In this document: in pieces, positions 10,901-20,469 of the stretch
How positions within the stretch are numbered: the stretch's first letter is position 1
How the letters are laid out: each line of letters begins with the position of its first letter
DNA from: a virus
Lineage: Duplodnaviria; Heunggongvirae; Uroviricota; Caudoviricetes
Strand: one strand, 5' to 3'
IMG/VR virus record: IMGVR_UViG_3300028534_000514
Coordinates: 64,001-128,000 of that record
Length of the DNA: 64,000 nt
Notes under the pieces: generated by a model
The model's database searches: none
Seen by the model: only the letters and a program-made list of their open reading frames with translations
Told to the model about the DNA's origin: nothing
Made by a program: the position numbers and the translations under genes

Positions 10901-12156
10901 CTGAAGGTTATATTACCCTAGCAAGTGGTGACTATAGTCATACTGAAGGATTATATACAACGGCTTCTGGACTAGGCTCAAAAGCATCTGGTTATAAAAC
11001 AGAAGCAAATGGTGATTATAGTACCGCAGCCGGAATAAAAACAATAGCTGATGGTATGGCTTCAACAGCGCTAGGTAACGAGGCAGAAGCTCCAGGTGAT
11101 TATTCTTTTGCTTCTGGAAATGCTGTTATTACCACCGGCAATAATTCTGCTTCTTTTGGGTATCAAAATCTTTCATCAGGCGAAAATTCTTTTACAGCTG
11201 GTATGGATAACATAACAAGTGGTAGAAACTCAATGGCTTTCGGGCGTTCGGCTAAAGCAACTAATTATCAAGCATTTGCTTGCGGCTATAATGTTGAAGC
11301 ATCCGGGGTAAACTCAGCCGCTTTTGGTTACGCAACCAAATCTTCAGCAAATGATAGCTTCGCTTCTGGACTTATGACAGAAGCGACTGGTAGATATTCA
11401 ATGGCTGTTAATTATAGCAATAAAGCCAGTGGGGTTAGCTCATTCGCTGGTGGTTCTTATACTGAGGCTTCCGGTAATGATTCGACTGCTTTTGGTAGAT
11501 GGACTGTCGCCCCAAATACATATATGTTTGCCTTGGGTAAATACAATATTGGCGAAACAGATACCATTATGGAAATAGGTATCGGGGATGATATGTATCA
11601 CCAAAAGAATGCTTTTGAAGCATATACTGATGGTAGGTTGGTTGCCCCGGAACTGTCTAAATCTTTAATAAGCAGTGATACAACCCAAGATCGCGTTCTA
11701 GTTACAAGGGAATGGGTTCAATCCATGATTGGACTTGGGTTCACTCCTTATAATTTTAATGCTACAGATGGTCAAACTGATTTCATATTAAATGATACGA
11801 TTACTTCAAATGTAAGAGTTTTCTGTGATGGTATTCGAACAAGGGATACAGAATATACAGTGGATATTGATCTTACAAATGAAACAACTACTGTTACTTT
11901 TAATGATGGGCGTTCAGAAAATGAAGAAGTAGTTATAGAAGCCGTTAGTAATAATTCTGGTGATGCGGATTTTACGGCAACGGATGGTCAAACCGACTTT
12001 ACCGTAACTAATGCCGTATTTACAGCAGCAGAAGTTTATATCAGCGGGGTACTAATTTCACAGTACGATTATTATATCACAAATAATGGAACAGATACAA
12101 CGATTCATTTTAATAATGGATTATCAAATAATGACTGGGTTCATATATCATACTAA
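7978..12156 (+). CDS. Long tail fibre with YadA/Hep-Hag head repeats in three tandem modules
   Basis: 14-aa SFAxGxxTxASGxx repeats; three copies of the GxYN...EIGxG...NAFE...G...AP neck motif. Confidence 0.85.
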   Translation: MKRNPLYVFKNEDTIGVFDVPLHSVIQILETRNNRVLVVEIINKTGLTPASTIRDLLDNQSLYTVLSDGTGGGELAKYVENNKTGYKLWDANLDYYGPLGQNSVDFSFQPPIPNGIGGTTGDNSFAVGYGTISEGLSSFSSGRETIASGRQSSSFGLKTKASGEQSFAAGYASEATGKNAVVFGNLNKALGENSFVEGHENMAGGFAAHAEGGRNNAGGNFSHVEGSLTKTTDINAHAEGYKTEAGKNAHSEGAETMALGLSSHSEGLITQALGVGSHSEGYMTIAEGDYSHAGGDTTKASGEASFAVGMGSETNGDYSFAGGHSCISNGKSSLAFGLECVSNGENAISLGYGTSATTDEAFAIGYKTLASGLSSFAGGYKTQAIGVQSFAFGQSNIAAGNYSIAMGNKTQASADGSTAFGLESEATGEYSSVEGGYTKTTSNYSKAIGFWTIAQNDSMLAAGRYNLPKTGTLLEIGSGLDLNNRKNAFEIETSGLVSAPDMVYIDFDNLVDENIIVKKSLLEHTDILASELRSQLEKIIENGNVGYRIYGRDPNKFGDIGQDAIDLSYTTVNNNELGATGDYSFTTNVNNKASGLQSSAFGFGTSAENENALATGTQTSATGVNSASFGQGTEASNENSTTFGFYTKSSGINSIAAGYQTEVSSENSFATGNLNKILGNNSFASGSSNTIGLGGTSGAIGSNNTVNGSASFTSGLSNILNGDYNFAIGLNNNLNDNNNFIIGTDSNINIDNAFAIGKNLENNTRYALVVGRYNQNNSDNIFEIGNGYLDQTGPVLQNALEVNFDGMIFAPTMDKMEIENSTNGSILITREFFDEHQGYLERITEGPAGSERTGYRIRFRDPQWYGRIGEEAVDLSYSEGEALDFGATGDYSFAVGYKTSATSEYSTALNFSTKATDKFTLAVNQCSEARGMGAMASGFWTLASGSFSHAEGVSKRDETNDTTEYTEARGKGSHAEGYITLASGDYSHTEGLYTTASGLGSKASGYKTEANGDYSTAAGIKTIADGMASTALGNEAEAPGDYSFASGNAVITTGNNSASFGYQNLSSGENSFTAGMDNITSGRNSMAFGRSAKATNYQAFACGYNVEASGVNSAAFGYATKSSANDSFASGLMTEATGRYSMAVNYSNKASGVSSFAGGSYTEASGNDSTAFGRWTVAPNTYMFALGKYNIGETDTIMEIGIGDDMYHQKNAFEAYTDGRLVAPELSKSLISSDTTQDRVLVTREWVQSMIGLGFTPYNFNATDGQTDFILNDTITSNVRVFCDGIRTRDTEYTVDIDLTNETTTVTFNDGRSENEEVVIEAVSNNSGDADFTATDGQTDFTVTNAVFTAAEVYISGVLISQYDYYITNNGTDTTIHFNNGLSNNDWVHISY

Positions 12157-12165
12157 AGGAAAATT

Positions 12166-13047
12166 ATGGCATTTAGACGAAAAACATTATATACATTTGA
12201 TACGCTCAGTGATACTGGATTACATAGATTACCCAAAGATGCCCTAGTAATGGTCGTTGAAACCAACGACCTTTTTTCATTAGGTGATTTAACAGGTATA
12301 GATGAAAATACAACAATTGAGGAAGCCCTAAACAATAATTTACTTTCAGAAACATTTGCAGAAAACACAGACTGGAAACAGCATACAAATATAATTACTT
12401 TGGACCCGTTCGAAAATGAGCCATTTATGGAATTATATTATTCGGATGAAGAAAAAATATTTGATTTTTTTATAATAATTGTGAGCGCCTCTAATATAAT
12501 AAAAGGAGGTTCTTCCATTATTATACCGGCGAATATGAGTATTACAGGTAACTCCTTTATAAATTTTGCACATGAATTTGACGCTATAGATATATACGGA
12601 AAACCAGAAAAAATTATTGTATATTTGGTATGGGATGCTAATTCAAATTCTATTAAGGTTTACTTTGGCGGAAATAGAGAGTGCGAGAATTGTGTAGCCT
12701 CAATAAATTATGATATAAACGATTCCCTGACAAATTCAACATATCAAGAATTGAATTGGATTGAAAATTTAGATTTTTTAAGTCCAATTCAAATTAAGGA
12801 TTTAACAGCTAGTGATAATGATGGGGAAAATTGCTCGATTACGATTGATTGGTCGGATGCTAGAAGTAATCCTAGACCAATATTTGATCTTTATAGAGAT
12901 GGAGGGTTACTGGCATCAAATGTCAATCCACCATTTAAAGATACCAATGTTAGTGACGGGCAAACATACGAATACTATATTATATCAAAAAGTATTCTTG
13001 GTAAAAGATATTCTAATAAAGATACTGGAATAACTTCTTGTTCATAG
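12166..13047 (+). CDS. Fibre-associated virion protein with an FN3-like C-terminus
   Basis: N-terminus MAFRRKTLYTF paralogous to 13081; DLTASD...ITIDWSD...YEYYI. Confidence 0.6.
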   Translation: MAFRRKTLYTFDTLSDTGLHRLPKDALVMVVETNDLFSLGDLTGIDENTTIEEALNNNLLSETFAENTDWKQHTNIITLDPFENEPFMELYYSDEEKIFDFFIIIVSASNIIKGGSSIIIPANMSITGNSFINFAHEFDAIDIYGKPEKIIVYLVWDANSNSIKVYFGGNRECENCVASINYDINDSLTNSTYQELNWIENLDFLSPIQIKDLTASDNDGENCSITIDWSDARSNPRPIFDLYRDGGLLASNVNPPFKDTNVSDGQTYEYYIISKSILGKRYSNKDTGITSCS

Positions 13048-13080
13048 AACAAACAGAAAATTAAAATAAAGGAAAAAACA

Positions 13081-16000
13081 ATGGCTTTTAGAAGACGAGC
13101 TTTGTATACCTTTAAAGATGAGAATGAAACTGGTATTAATAATATACCAATAAATTCTACTATCTTTGTAGCGAGTACAAAAGAAATTTATATTTTAAAT
13201 GATATTGCAGGTATGGATGATACAACTACAATCGGAGACGCTATCTCCTCTTCAAATATGGAGCTAGCAAAAACCTATGGAATTCAATGGTTTTCTTCAT
13301 CAAATGATTTCAATACCTCAACCACATTATTTGAAGTACCATATGAAAATAATGAATTAAAAATACAATTTAATATTGCAGCCAATGCCGTTAATGACGG
13401 AAAAATTATTAACTTTAGCATTGAAGATAGTGTTATAGTCCCTGCTGGATTAAACGACATATCTCATAATATTATGACGTATGTTACTGTCGCCGCTGGG
13501 GATAAAGATGATGGAACTATATTCAACTATCCTGTTTATATTGATCATGATTCAACAACTCCTGATGTAATTAAAGTTCGGTTAAAAGAAGCGAATATTT
13601 CCAATGGTTATGCAATCGCTTCTGCCAATTATATGGTTAATGAATCAAGTACTAATAAAACTTACTCTGAATTAAATTGGTATATTGATCCAACCTTTGA
13701 AGCTCCTGGTCCAATAACAGATTTTACTGCAAGTGATACCCTTGGCGAAAGAATTCGTGTAAGTTGGACACACTCGGATACAGGACTGCCTCAATGTTTT
13801 TATAACTTAATTGATGCAAACACTGGAGCCGTTCTTAAAGAAGGAGTTAAACCTGGATTCGAGCTACCATATTTAGGTTCAATAGACTTGCAAATTGAAG
13901 CAATTAATTCCGAAGGTAAAATATTATCAAATATAGATAATGGTAATTCAATGCCATTTACAGTAATCGAAATGCCACAATTCGATCAAAAAACCTGTAT
14001 AGAAGATTGGCTTATTAATGAGGGATATGCACCTGGTGCATATAAAATTATTAATAACTTAATTCAACCGACAATTTGCTCAGGCGATTTATCAAACTAT
14101 GATATTTATCTATTAAATAATGGTGAAATTATTGGTCAGGGGACTAATGGCTTAGAATTGACAGATCGTTTAGTACTTGAAAATCTTGGTTGGATTCGAA
14201 CGCTTGGGGCTCCTGCTGGTAGTATTACTTTTGATGTTGCTGGTGCACAATCATGGACAGTTCCTGATTATCTATCTCAAATGGAAGTTTGTATGATCGG
14301 TGGTGGAGGTTCTGGTGGAATTAGTTCAGATGTTTACTCGGAAACATATTCTGGTGGTGGTGCAGCTGGTGAAATTATTACAGATACGTTGTTCGTTGCA
14401 CCAGGGGAATCAATAGATTTCTACATTGGTGCTGGTGGTGCATCGCCTGATGGTTCAGGTGGGGCGATAAACAGTGGTAATCCTGGTGAAGAAACTACTA
14501 TTCTTGGATTGACCGCGGCTGGTGGAGTCGGTGGGACCAACCGAGAAACAGAAGCAAATACCGTCTATAAAGGAGATGAAGCAGAAACCACAAATTGTTT
14601 CGGAACATTTACTGATGGTAATTTAGCTGCTGATGGTTCAAGATTATCGTATGGTGGACAAGCAGGTTTTGCTGATGGTACCGATGGTGTCCGTAATGGG
14701 GCTACTCTAGATGCTCAGTATGGAGCAGGTTCTGGAGGATTAGTAAAAGGTGATAATGATCTAACTACCGGTAAAGGCGGTGATGGGGTTATTCATCTTT
14801 CATGGCCTGAAACTGATGCACAATATTCTATTTATGGAATTGAGTGGCTTTGTTTAGAAGCCTCTACACTTGGGAATCTTGATGGTCCAACATTTGATAC
14901 TGGCGCTACTACACCTGAGTGTAGTAGCGTCGACGGTATTGTCTGGAAATTTTGTATGGAAATCGAATCAACTAGTATTCCTGTCGTTGAAGCAGATGGA
15001 AATATTAATGTTATTTCGGCTGGTTCATATTATTTAGCGACAAGCACAGACGATATAACTAATGTAAAATTTTCAGATGACGCTGCCAATACCGATGTTA
15101 CACGAGTCTATGTTAAAAAGATGGATACTATTACATCGATTGAATCAATGTTTTTCCCGAGCTGGACAAATACGATGGACAATCTAACAACTATCGAATT
15201 CGGTTATGTTAATTTTGAAAATGTTACTAATATGGAATATGCTTTTATGGCTACCGGGATCCAAAATCTATCAATAAATCATTTGGATACTTCCAATGTT
15301 ACGAGTATTAGATCATTTCTATATAAATCAAAAATAGAAAAATTATCATTAAGAGGCATGAACTTCGAAAATGTTGATGATATGTTTAATGCCTTTTCAG
15401 AAAGCCGTTTAAAAACCATAGATTTTAGAAATATAAAATTTCCAAATAGTTGTGATATGTCAAAATTTTTCAAAGGGTGCTATTATCTTGAATGTATTAC
15501 TAATTTGGATACAACTGGTTCTAATACTGATTCTATGTTCGATAATTGCTATGCTTTAGTCCATCCGGATTCAGATGAGCAAGAATGGCTAAAAAATGGA
15601 AATGTGTGGATAAATGATGCTGTATGTGAGCAGGTATGGTATGATAATTCTGACAACTATATTACTATCGACGATCTCGGCTCAGGTAATTATCAAATTA
15701 CAGGAAAATTTAAAGGAGTAGATATAATAGATGTTACGTATGATTATATTGATAGTTATTGGACCGGTTCTATTTTTAGAGGGAATGATGAATATATGTA
15801 TATCATCGGTGAACCATCTGAAAATTTTGGAGCTCCTCCCCCTTCAATAGGAACATTTAAAATTGCTAGATATAGTTCAAGACCTTATCATAATTTTGAA
15901 GCTTATATTTATTCATCTACAGAACCATATTTCAAAATGAGATATAGAGAAAATCAAGCTTTCCCTGATCCAATTAAACAAGATATGGGAGATGGTAGAT

Positions 16001-17472
16001 GGTATCTGTATGCGGATAATTGTTACGGTTTTTATATTGATTCGGATGAAGAGAGCAATAATAGCAATATTAAATCTATAAAATTATTGGCCACAAATGA
16101 TATGACTGATCTTGAAAGTGCTTTTGATAATAGCACCGGCTCTGGAACCATGCTAGATAATCTAATTAACATTACATTTGAAAAAACAGTTGATACACGA
16201 AGAGTTACTACTATGGGTAGTTTAGTCAGAGATTGTAGAAATATAGTTAAATTTGATGCTAGCAACTTGCATTTTGAGAATGTTATAGATCTTAGTCACA
16301 TGTTGGATGGATGTAATAATATTAATGATATTAAATGGAGCACAACGCCAACATGGAAAACAACAGATATGTCATATATGCTTAGTCAAATATTTTCATT
16401 AGAAATTATGGATATTTCAGTACTTAATATAGCTAATGTCACAGATATGTCAAGAATGTTTAAAAATTCAGGTTTTAAATTTATTAAGATGCCTGCCGAT
16501 ATCTCTAATGGCCCTGCGTGTAATATGAATGAACTTTTCTATGGATGTAGTGAACTTGAATGTATAGATGTCATCAATACTGAAAATGCTACGGGCACAT
16601 CATACATGTTCGTCAATTGTGATTTATTAGTTGCTCCGGGCTCAGCAGATCAAGACGATATCGAGAATCAAATAAATCAGCCTTGGGTCAATCCTAGTGA
16701 ATGTGTGCCTCTTTTTGAATTATTTATTTTTTCTACCGATGAAGTGGATTCAGATATGTTCGAAACGGATGCCAATTTGGCACTTACTGAGGTGACTGGT
16801 TATCCAGATTATAAATATAGGGTAGCAGATCGTAAAAATGATGTGGCTCCTCTTGAATTTAAATTTGCGGATGCTCCTGGAGTCAGTGAAATAACAAAAG
16901 TAGTTGTAAAAAGAACAGGTACTCTGACGAATATGGATTATTTCTTTTCACCATCTGAAAATGGCAGACATATGGACTCATTGACAGAAATTATCTTCGA
17001 AGATACAGTTAATACTTCCAATGTAACCAGTATGAGAGGGTTATTTAAGATATTACCTGCTATGGATAACTCGACAATCGTCGGTTTATCTAATGTCGAT
17101 ACTCGAAACGTGGAGGATATGCACGCTTGGTTTGAAAGAAATGATAACTCAAACTTCACCCAAATTAACCTAGAAACGATAAGTACACAATCAGTAACTG
17201 ATTTATCTGATTTTTTCCTCAATTGTAATAATCTTGAATATATTACAATGCCTTCTGATATTATTACGGTTCAACCTAATGCAGATATGTATCATTTATT
17301 TTATAATTGTGAACATCTAAAATGTATCGATAAAATAGACACGACGAATGCAACCGATACCACTGGTATGTTCTATGATTGTGTAGATTTAACTGCACCT
17401 GATTCAGCGGCACAGAGCGATATCGAAAATCAAATAAATCAACCTTGGATTAATCCAAATAGCTGTCCATGA
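13081..17472 (+). CDS. Large virion fibre or adhesin with a glycine-rich domain and BspA/DUF285-type repeats
   Basis: CMIGGGGSGG Gly-rich domain; many DTSNVTxMxxMF repeats; internal duplication DIENQINQPWxNP. Confidence 0.8.
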   Translation: MAFRRRALYTFKDENETGINNIPINSTIFVASTKEIYILNDIAGMDDTTTIGDAISSSNMELAKTYGIQWFSSSNDFNTSTTLFEVPYENNELKIQFNIAANAVNDGKIINFSIEDSVIVPAGLNDISHNIMTYVTVAAGDKDDGTIFNYPVYIDHDSTTPDVIKVRLKEANISNGYAIASANYMVNESSTNKTYSELNWYIDPTFEAPGPITDFTASDTLGERIRVSWTHSDTGLPQCFYNLIDANTGAVLKEGVKPGFELPYLGSIDLQIEAINSEGKILSNIDNGNSMPFTVIEMPQFDQKTCIEDWLINEGYAPGAYKIINNLIQPTICSGDLSNYDIYLLNNGEIIGQGTNGLELTDRLVLENLGWIRTLGAPAGSITFDVAGAQSWTVPDYLSQMEVCMIGGGGSGGISSDVYSETYSGGGAAGEIITDTLFVAPGESIDFYIGAGGASPDGSGGAINSGNPGEETTILGLTAAGGVGGTNRETEANTVYKGDEAETTNCFGTFTDGNLAADGSRLSYGGQAGFADGTDGVRNGATLDAQYGAGSGGLVKGDNDLTTGKGGDGVIHLSWPETDAQYSIYGIEWLCLEASTLGNLDGPTFDTGATTPECSSVDGIVWKFCMEIESTSIPVVEADGNINVISAGSYYLATSTDDITNVKFSDDAANTDVTRVYVKKMDTITSIESMFFPSWTNTMDNLTTIEFGYVNFENVTNMEYAFMATGIQNLSINHLDTSNVTSIRSFLYKSKIEKLSLRGMNFENVDDMFNAFSESRLKTIDFRNIKFPNSCDMSKFFKGCYYLECITNLDTTGSNTDSMFDNCYALVHPDSDEQEWLKNGNVWINDAVCEQVWYDNSDNYITIDDLGSGNYQITGKFKGVDIIDVTYDYIDSYWTGSIFRGNDEYMYIIGEPSENFGAPPPSIGTFKIARYSSRPYHNFEAYIYSSTEPYFKMRYRENQAFPDPIKQDMGDGRWYLYADNCYGFYIDSDEESNNSNIKSIKLLATNDMTDLESAFDNSTGSGTMLDNLINITFEKTVDTRRVTTMGSLVRDCRNIVKFDASNLHFENVIDLSHMLDGCNNINDIKWSTTPTWKTTDMSYMLSQIFSLEIMDISVLNIANVTDMSRMFKNSGFKFIKMPADISNGPACNMNELFYGCSELECIDVINTENATGTSYMFVNCDLLVAPGSADQDDIENQINQPWVNPSECVPLFELFIFSTDEVDSDMFETDANLALTEVTGYPDYKYRVADRKNDVAPLEFKFADAPGVSEITKVVVKRTGTLTNMDYFFSPSENGRHMDSLTEIIFEDTVNTSNVTSMRGLFKILPAMDNSTIVGLSNVDTRNVEDMHAWFERNDNSNFTQINLETISTQSVTDLSDFFLNCNNLEYITMPSDIITVQPNADMYHLFYNCEHLKCIDKIDTTNATDTTGMFYDCVDLTAPDSAAQSDIENQINQPWINPNSCP

Positions 17473-17536
17473 TTTAAGGATGCCCTTAAATAATCACTAT
17501 TTAAATATATAATTATAACTAAGATTATGCTGCGAT

Positions 17537-17572
17537 AAAATACGATTCCGCGCGGAATCGTATTTTCATTGT
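17537..17572 (+). terminator. Perfect-palindrome terminator
   Basis: AAAATACGATTCCGCGCGGAATCGTATTTT-CATTGT. Confidence 0.75.
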
Positions 17573-17624
17573 CCAGGATGTATTAATCATTGATTAATCT
17601 TTATATGAGAATAAAGGAAAACCG

Positions 17625-17879
17625 TTGAAATTATTTAAAATAAGATATGATCACTGGCTACATTTATTTGCTGGTTATATCATAATGATAACTGCCCTTC
17701 TTTTTACTGATCCCTTAATCGCTTTTATAACAACTGCTTATATAGCATGGATAAAAGAATGGTATGATGAATATATTAGAAATTCTAGTTTTGATGTTTT
17801 TGATACAATCTGGACTGGAATTGGTGGTATATTGGCTTGGCTAATATTCTTACTAACGATGTCTTTTGGAGTCCTTTAA
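17625..17879 (+). CDS. Small multi-TM membrane protein
   Basis: TTG start after AAGGA; three hydrophobic segments. Confidence 0.6.
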   Translation: MKLFKIRYDHWLHLFAGYIIMITALLFTDPLIAFITTAYIAWIKEWYDEYIRNSSFDVFDTIWTGIGGILAWLIFLLTMSFGVL

Positions 17880-17944
17880 TGAGGATTCTGAAACGCATCG
17901 CGTTAGTCCAAGGACTTAAAAAATTTTATTCTAAAGGAAAATTC

Positions 17945-18529
17945 ATGAAAAGAATTTTACTAGCAACAATTGTTGCACTAACAACTGCTTTCGCAGGTGG
18001 GGATATTGCTCCTGCACAGACACCGGTAGAGATCGTTCCAACTAAAAATTTCTATGTTGGGGGTGGTATTTCAGCACACACAACATATAAAGATGGAGAA
18101 AAAGATTTTTTCAATGATACTGATGAGAGCGAAATCTCTGGAGGAATCGAAGCCAAACTTGGGTATATTTTTTATAGAACTGGCGACGCAAGTATGGCTA
18201 TTGAAGGACAGATCGAAAGAACTATCTGGGGTATGGATATTGAAGACGTAGACTATATCTATAGTTATGGACTTTATATTAAACCAGCTTATGATATTAC
18301 AACAGATATCACCGGTTATATTCTTCTTGGATATGGGCGTACTGAGGTAGAATTTAATGTAGATGATAGTTATGGTGAAAGCGGATTTACATATGGGATT
18401 GGAGCAGAATACTCTCTTAATGATGAATGGGGTCTTTATGGAGAATATGTAATGTTGCCTTCATTTAACGATCTTGATATCGATATCAATAATGATAAAC
18501 TTTCACTCGGTGTAGTTTATAAATTTTAA
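17945..18529 (+). CDS. Outer-membrane beta-barrel (porin-family/OmpA-TM-like) protein
   Basis: Signal peptide MKRILLATIVALTTAFAGGDIAP; amphipathic strands; C-terminal SLGVVYKF BAM signal. Confidence 0.85.
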   Translation: MKRILLATIVALTTAFAGGDIAPAQTPVEIVPTKNFYVGGGISAHTTYKDGEKDFFNDTDESEISGGIEAKLGYIFYRTGDASMAIEGQIERTIWGMDIEDVDYIYSYGLYIKPAYDITTDITGYILLGYGRTEVEFNVDDSYGESGFTYGIGAEYSLNDEWGLYGEYVMLPSFNDLDIDINNDKLSLGVVYKF

Positions 18530-18540
18530 ATAAAATTTTA

Positions 18541-18576
18541 AGGAATATTGCTGGCATATGCCAGCAATATTCCTGT
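18541..18576 (+). terminator. 34-bp perfect palindrome terminator ending TTCCTGT
   Basis: AGGAATATTGCTGGCATATGCCAGCAATATTCCT-GT. Confidence 0.8.
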
Positions 18577-18577
18577 T

Positions 18578-18610
18578 GATTATTTTCGAGCAATTGCTCA
18601 AAGGTAGCTA
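18578..18610. repeat. GAGCAATTGCTC array, site B (intergenic)
   Basis: GATTATTTTC-GAGCAATTGCTC-AAAGG-TAGCTA; degenerate second unit 17 bp downstream. Confidence 0.8.
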
Positions 18611-18674
18611 ATATACAAATCTATTAATAAGCATGTAAGGTTAACATGCATATCTTAATTTTATAGGAAAGTAT

Positions 18675-18764
18675 ATGGGTAAAAATTTAAATCCGCGTGG
18701 CAAATACTCCCACGGAAAACAAAAAACAACCGATGAAAAAAGAAAACATTGGAAACATGGTTAA
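18675..18764 (+). CDS. 29-aa basic peptide MGKNLNPRGKYSHGKQKTTDEKRKHWKHG
   Basis: AGGAAA RBS 4 nt upstream of ATG; below the ORF-track size cutoff. Confidence 0.5.
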   Translation: MGKNLNPRGKYSHGKQKTTDEKRKHWKHG

Positions 18765-18835
18765 TTAGTGCTAATTAACCTATTTTTTAACAATATTTAA
18801 TTACACTCAATTACATTTAACAAAAGGATTTTAAA

Positions 18836-19105
18836 ATGGAAAAAAAAGGAACACCAGTCGTAGTAATCGGCGGAGTACAATACGATGCATCTAATGCTGT
18901 ACCAGAAGTAGCATCACTTATTAGAGATTTGGCTACTGTGCAAACAGAGTTGAATAGACTCAAAACATCATACGATATTACTACAATCGCAAGAAATACT
19001 CTTCTTTTGGAAATTTCCAAATCAATTGAAGCAGGCGAAAGTGGACTAGAAAAAATTGAACAAGAAACAATGACAGAGCAAGAAACTAACGAAGAAGGAA
19101 AATAA
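18836..19105 (+). CDS. Hypothetical protein (short beta-hairpin plus coiled coil)
   Basis: RBS AAAGGA; stop overlaps the start of ssb. Confidence 0.7.
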   Translation: MEKKGTPVVVIGGVQYDASNAVPEVASLIRDLATVQTELNRLKTSYDITTIARNTLLLEISKSIEAGESGLEKIEQETMTEQETNEEGK

Positions 19106-19563
19106 TGAATAAAGTAAATGAAGTAATTTTAACAGGAATCTATAGAACAGTACAAGCTACACCAACCTTTGAAAAACAGGTTTTGGTATTTGCCTCAAAA
19201 GATAGAGATGGCCAATGGAAAGATGGTGAATTGGAGATGTATCTAAAACCAGATCTTATTCAACAATTTGGAGTTACTGTAGGTGACCAAATAAAAATTA
19301 AAGGCTTTATGGTATTTAACTTCTTTACTAAACAGGATGGTACCCAGATGTCCTTTCCAAAAATTATTGCTACAGAAATTCAAGAAATTGAAAAGGCTGG
19401 AGCAGGTTCTCAGCCAGCTGCACAGCCAGCTCCAGTACAACCTACTCAACCTGCTGGTTATGCTCAAGGTGTTCCCCCAGTACCTGGTTCCGCGCCAGCA
19501 GCTCCGGCAGCACCGGTCGCTCCACAACAAGGAATGCCTGTACCACCAGTACCGGGACAATAA
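19105..19563 (+). CDS. ssb: Single-stranded DNA-binding protein (OB fold, P/Q/A-rich tail)
   Basis: NKVNEVILTG; GDQIKIKGFM...FTKQDG; low-complexity C-terminal tail. Confidence 0.7.
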   Translation: MNKVNEVILTGIYRTVQATPTFEKQVLVFASKDRDGQWKDGELEMYLKPDLIQQFGVTVGDQIKIKGFMVFNFFTKQDGTQMSFPKIIATEIQEIEKAGAGSQPAAQPAPVQPTQPAGYAQGVPPVPGSAPAAPAAPVAPQQGMPVPPVPGQ

Positions 19564-19567
19564 TTTT

Positions 19568-19604
19568 AAAATGATAGTCGCATTGCGACTATCATTTTCC
19601 TGCG
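19568..19604 (+). terminator. Hairpin terminator with TTCCTGC tail
   Basis: AAAATGATAGTCGCA-T-TGCGACTATCATTTT-CCTGCG. Confidence 0.8.
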
Positions 19605-19651
19605 CTTAAAAAATTTAAACAAAGATCAAATATACAATAAAAAGGAATAAC

Positions 19652-20227
19652 ATGTTAGGAATGCACCCGTATGCCCAAGGGCTTCATGATAAAATTTATA
19701 GGAATGAAACAATCAAATTGCTTAAGGCTGCCTTAGCTGACGAATTAATAGCTGGTCACCAATATTGGATACAAGCCAAGCTTATAGAAGGATTCAATAA
19801 AGAAGAAGCAGTTAAAGAATTATTACAACACCGTGATGAAGAGTGGGGACACGCAGACCTTCTTATGAATAGAATTATTGAACTAGGAGGTAATCCGGAA
19901 ATTCGCCCTCTAGATTGGGATAGGTTTACTAAATGTAGATATGCACCAACTATCGATAGAGATCAAGTGGCTATTTTGGACGACGCTATCGCTGGGGAAA
20001 AATGTGCGATAGAGCATTATAATCATATTCTTGAATTCACAAAAGAAAAAGATATAACTACAAATCAATTAATTCACCGTATTATAAATGATGAATTTGA
20101 GCATATCCGTGATTTAAACAAGGTTAAAAAAGCTGTTGAGGATCATTTACCTTCCCCGGATATTGGTGAGACGGATGAAACTAATGGTGAGAACGGAGCC
20201 GAAAATAAAGGAGAACCAAATGAATAG
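19652..20227 (+). CDS. Ferritin-like (bacterioferritin/DpsL-type) di-iron protein
   Basis: ADELIAGHQYW, DEEWGHADLL..RIIELGGNP, GEKCAIEHY, DEFEHIRDL. Confidence 0.85.
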   Translation: MLGMHPYAQGLHDKIYRNETIKLLKAALADELIAGHQYWIQAKLIEGFNKEEAVKELLQHRDEEWGHADLLMNRIIELGGNPEIRPLDWDRFTKCRYAPTIDRDQVAILDDAIAGEKCAIEHYNHILEFTKEKDITTNQLIHRIINDEFEHIRDLNKVKKAVEDHLPSPDIGETDETNGENGAENKGEPNE

Positions 20228-20456
20228 TATAGAAATAGGAGAATTTTTCTTAGAAGAAGGTAAATTATTTCTTCGTATTGATAAAAAAGCAATCCTTGAA
20301 GAGTTTGCTGGAACTCCAGCAACGGGTGTCACATCAACAGGCACAGGCCCAATAGCAACCTATGGTTCCAAACCAAGTAAAAATATTATGCAAAGAAATA
20401 AATATGCTAAACCAACGTTAAGTTCCCAGGATACTAAATTAAGTAAAGCTCAATAA
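20220..20456 (+). CDS. Hypothetical (possible head-associated) protein
   Basis: ATG at 20220 after AAAGGAG; ILEE then a G/T-rich segment. Confidence 0.6.
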   Translation: MNSIEIGEFFLEEGKLFLRIDKKAILEEFAGTPATGVTSTGTGPIATYGSKPSKNIMQRNKYAKPTLSSQDTKLSKAQ

Positions 20457-20469
20457 GCAAAGGAAATAT

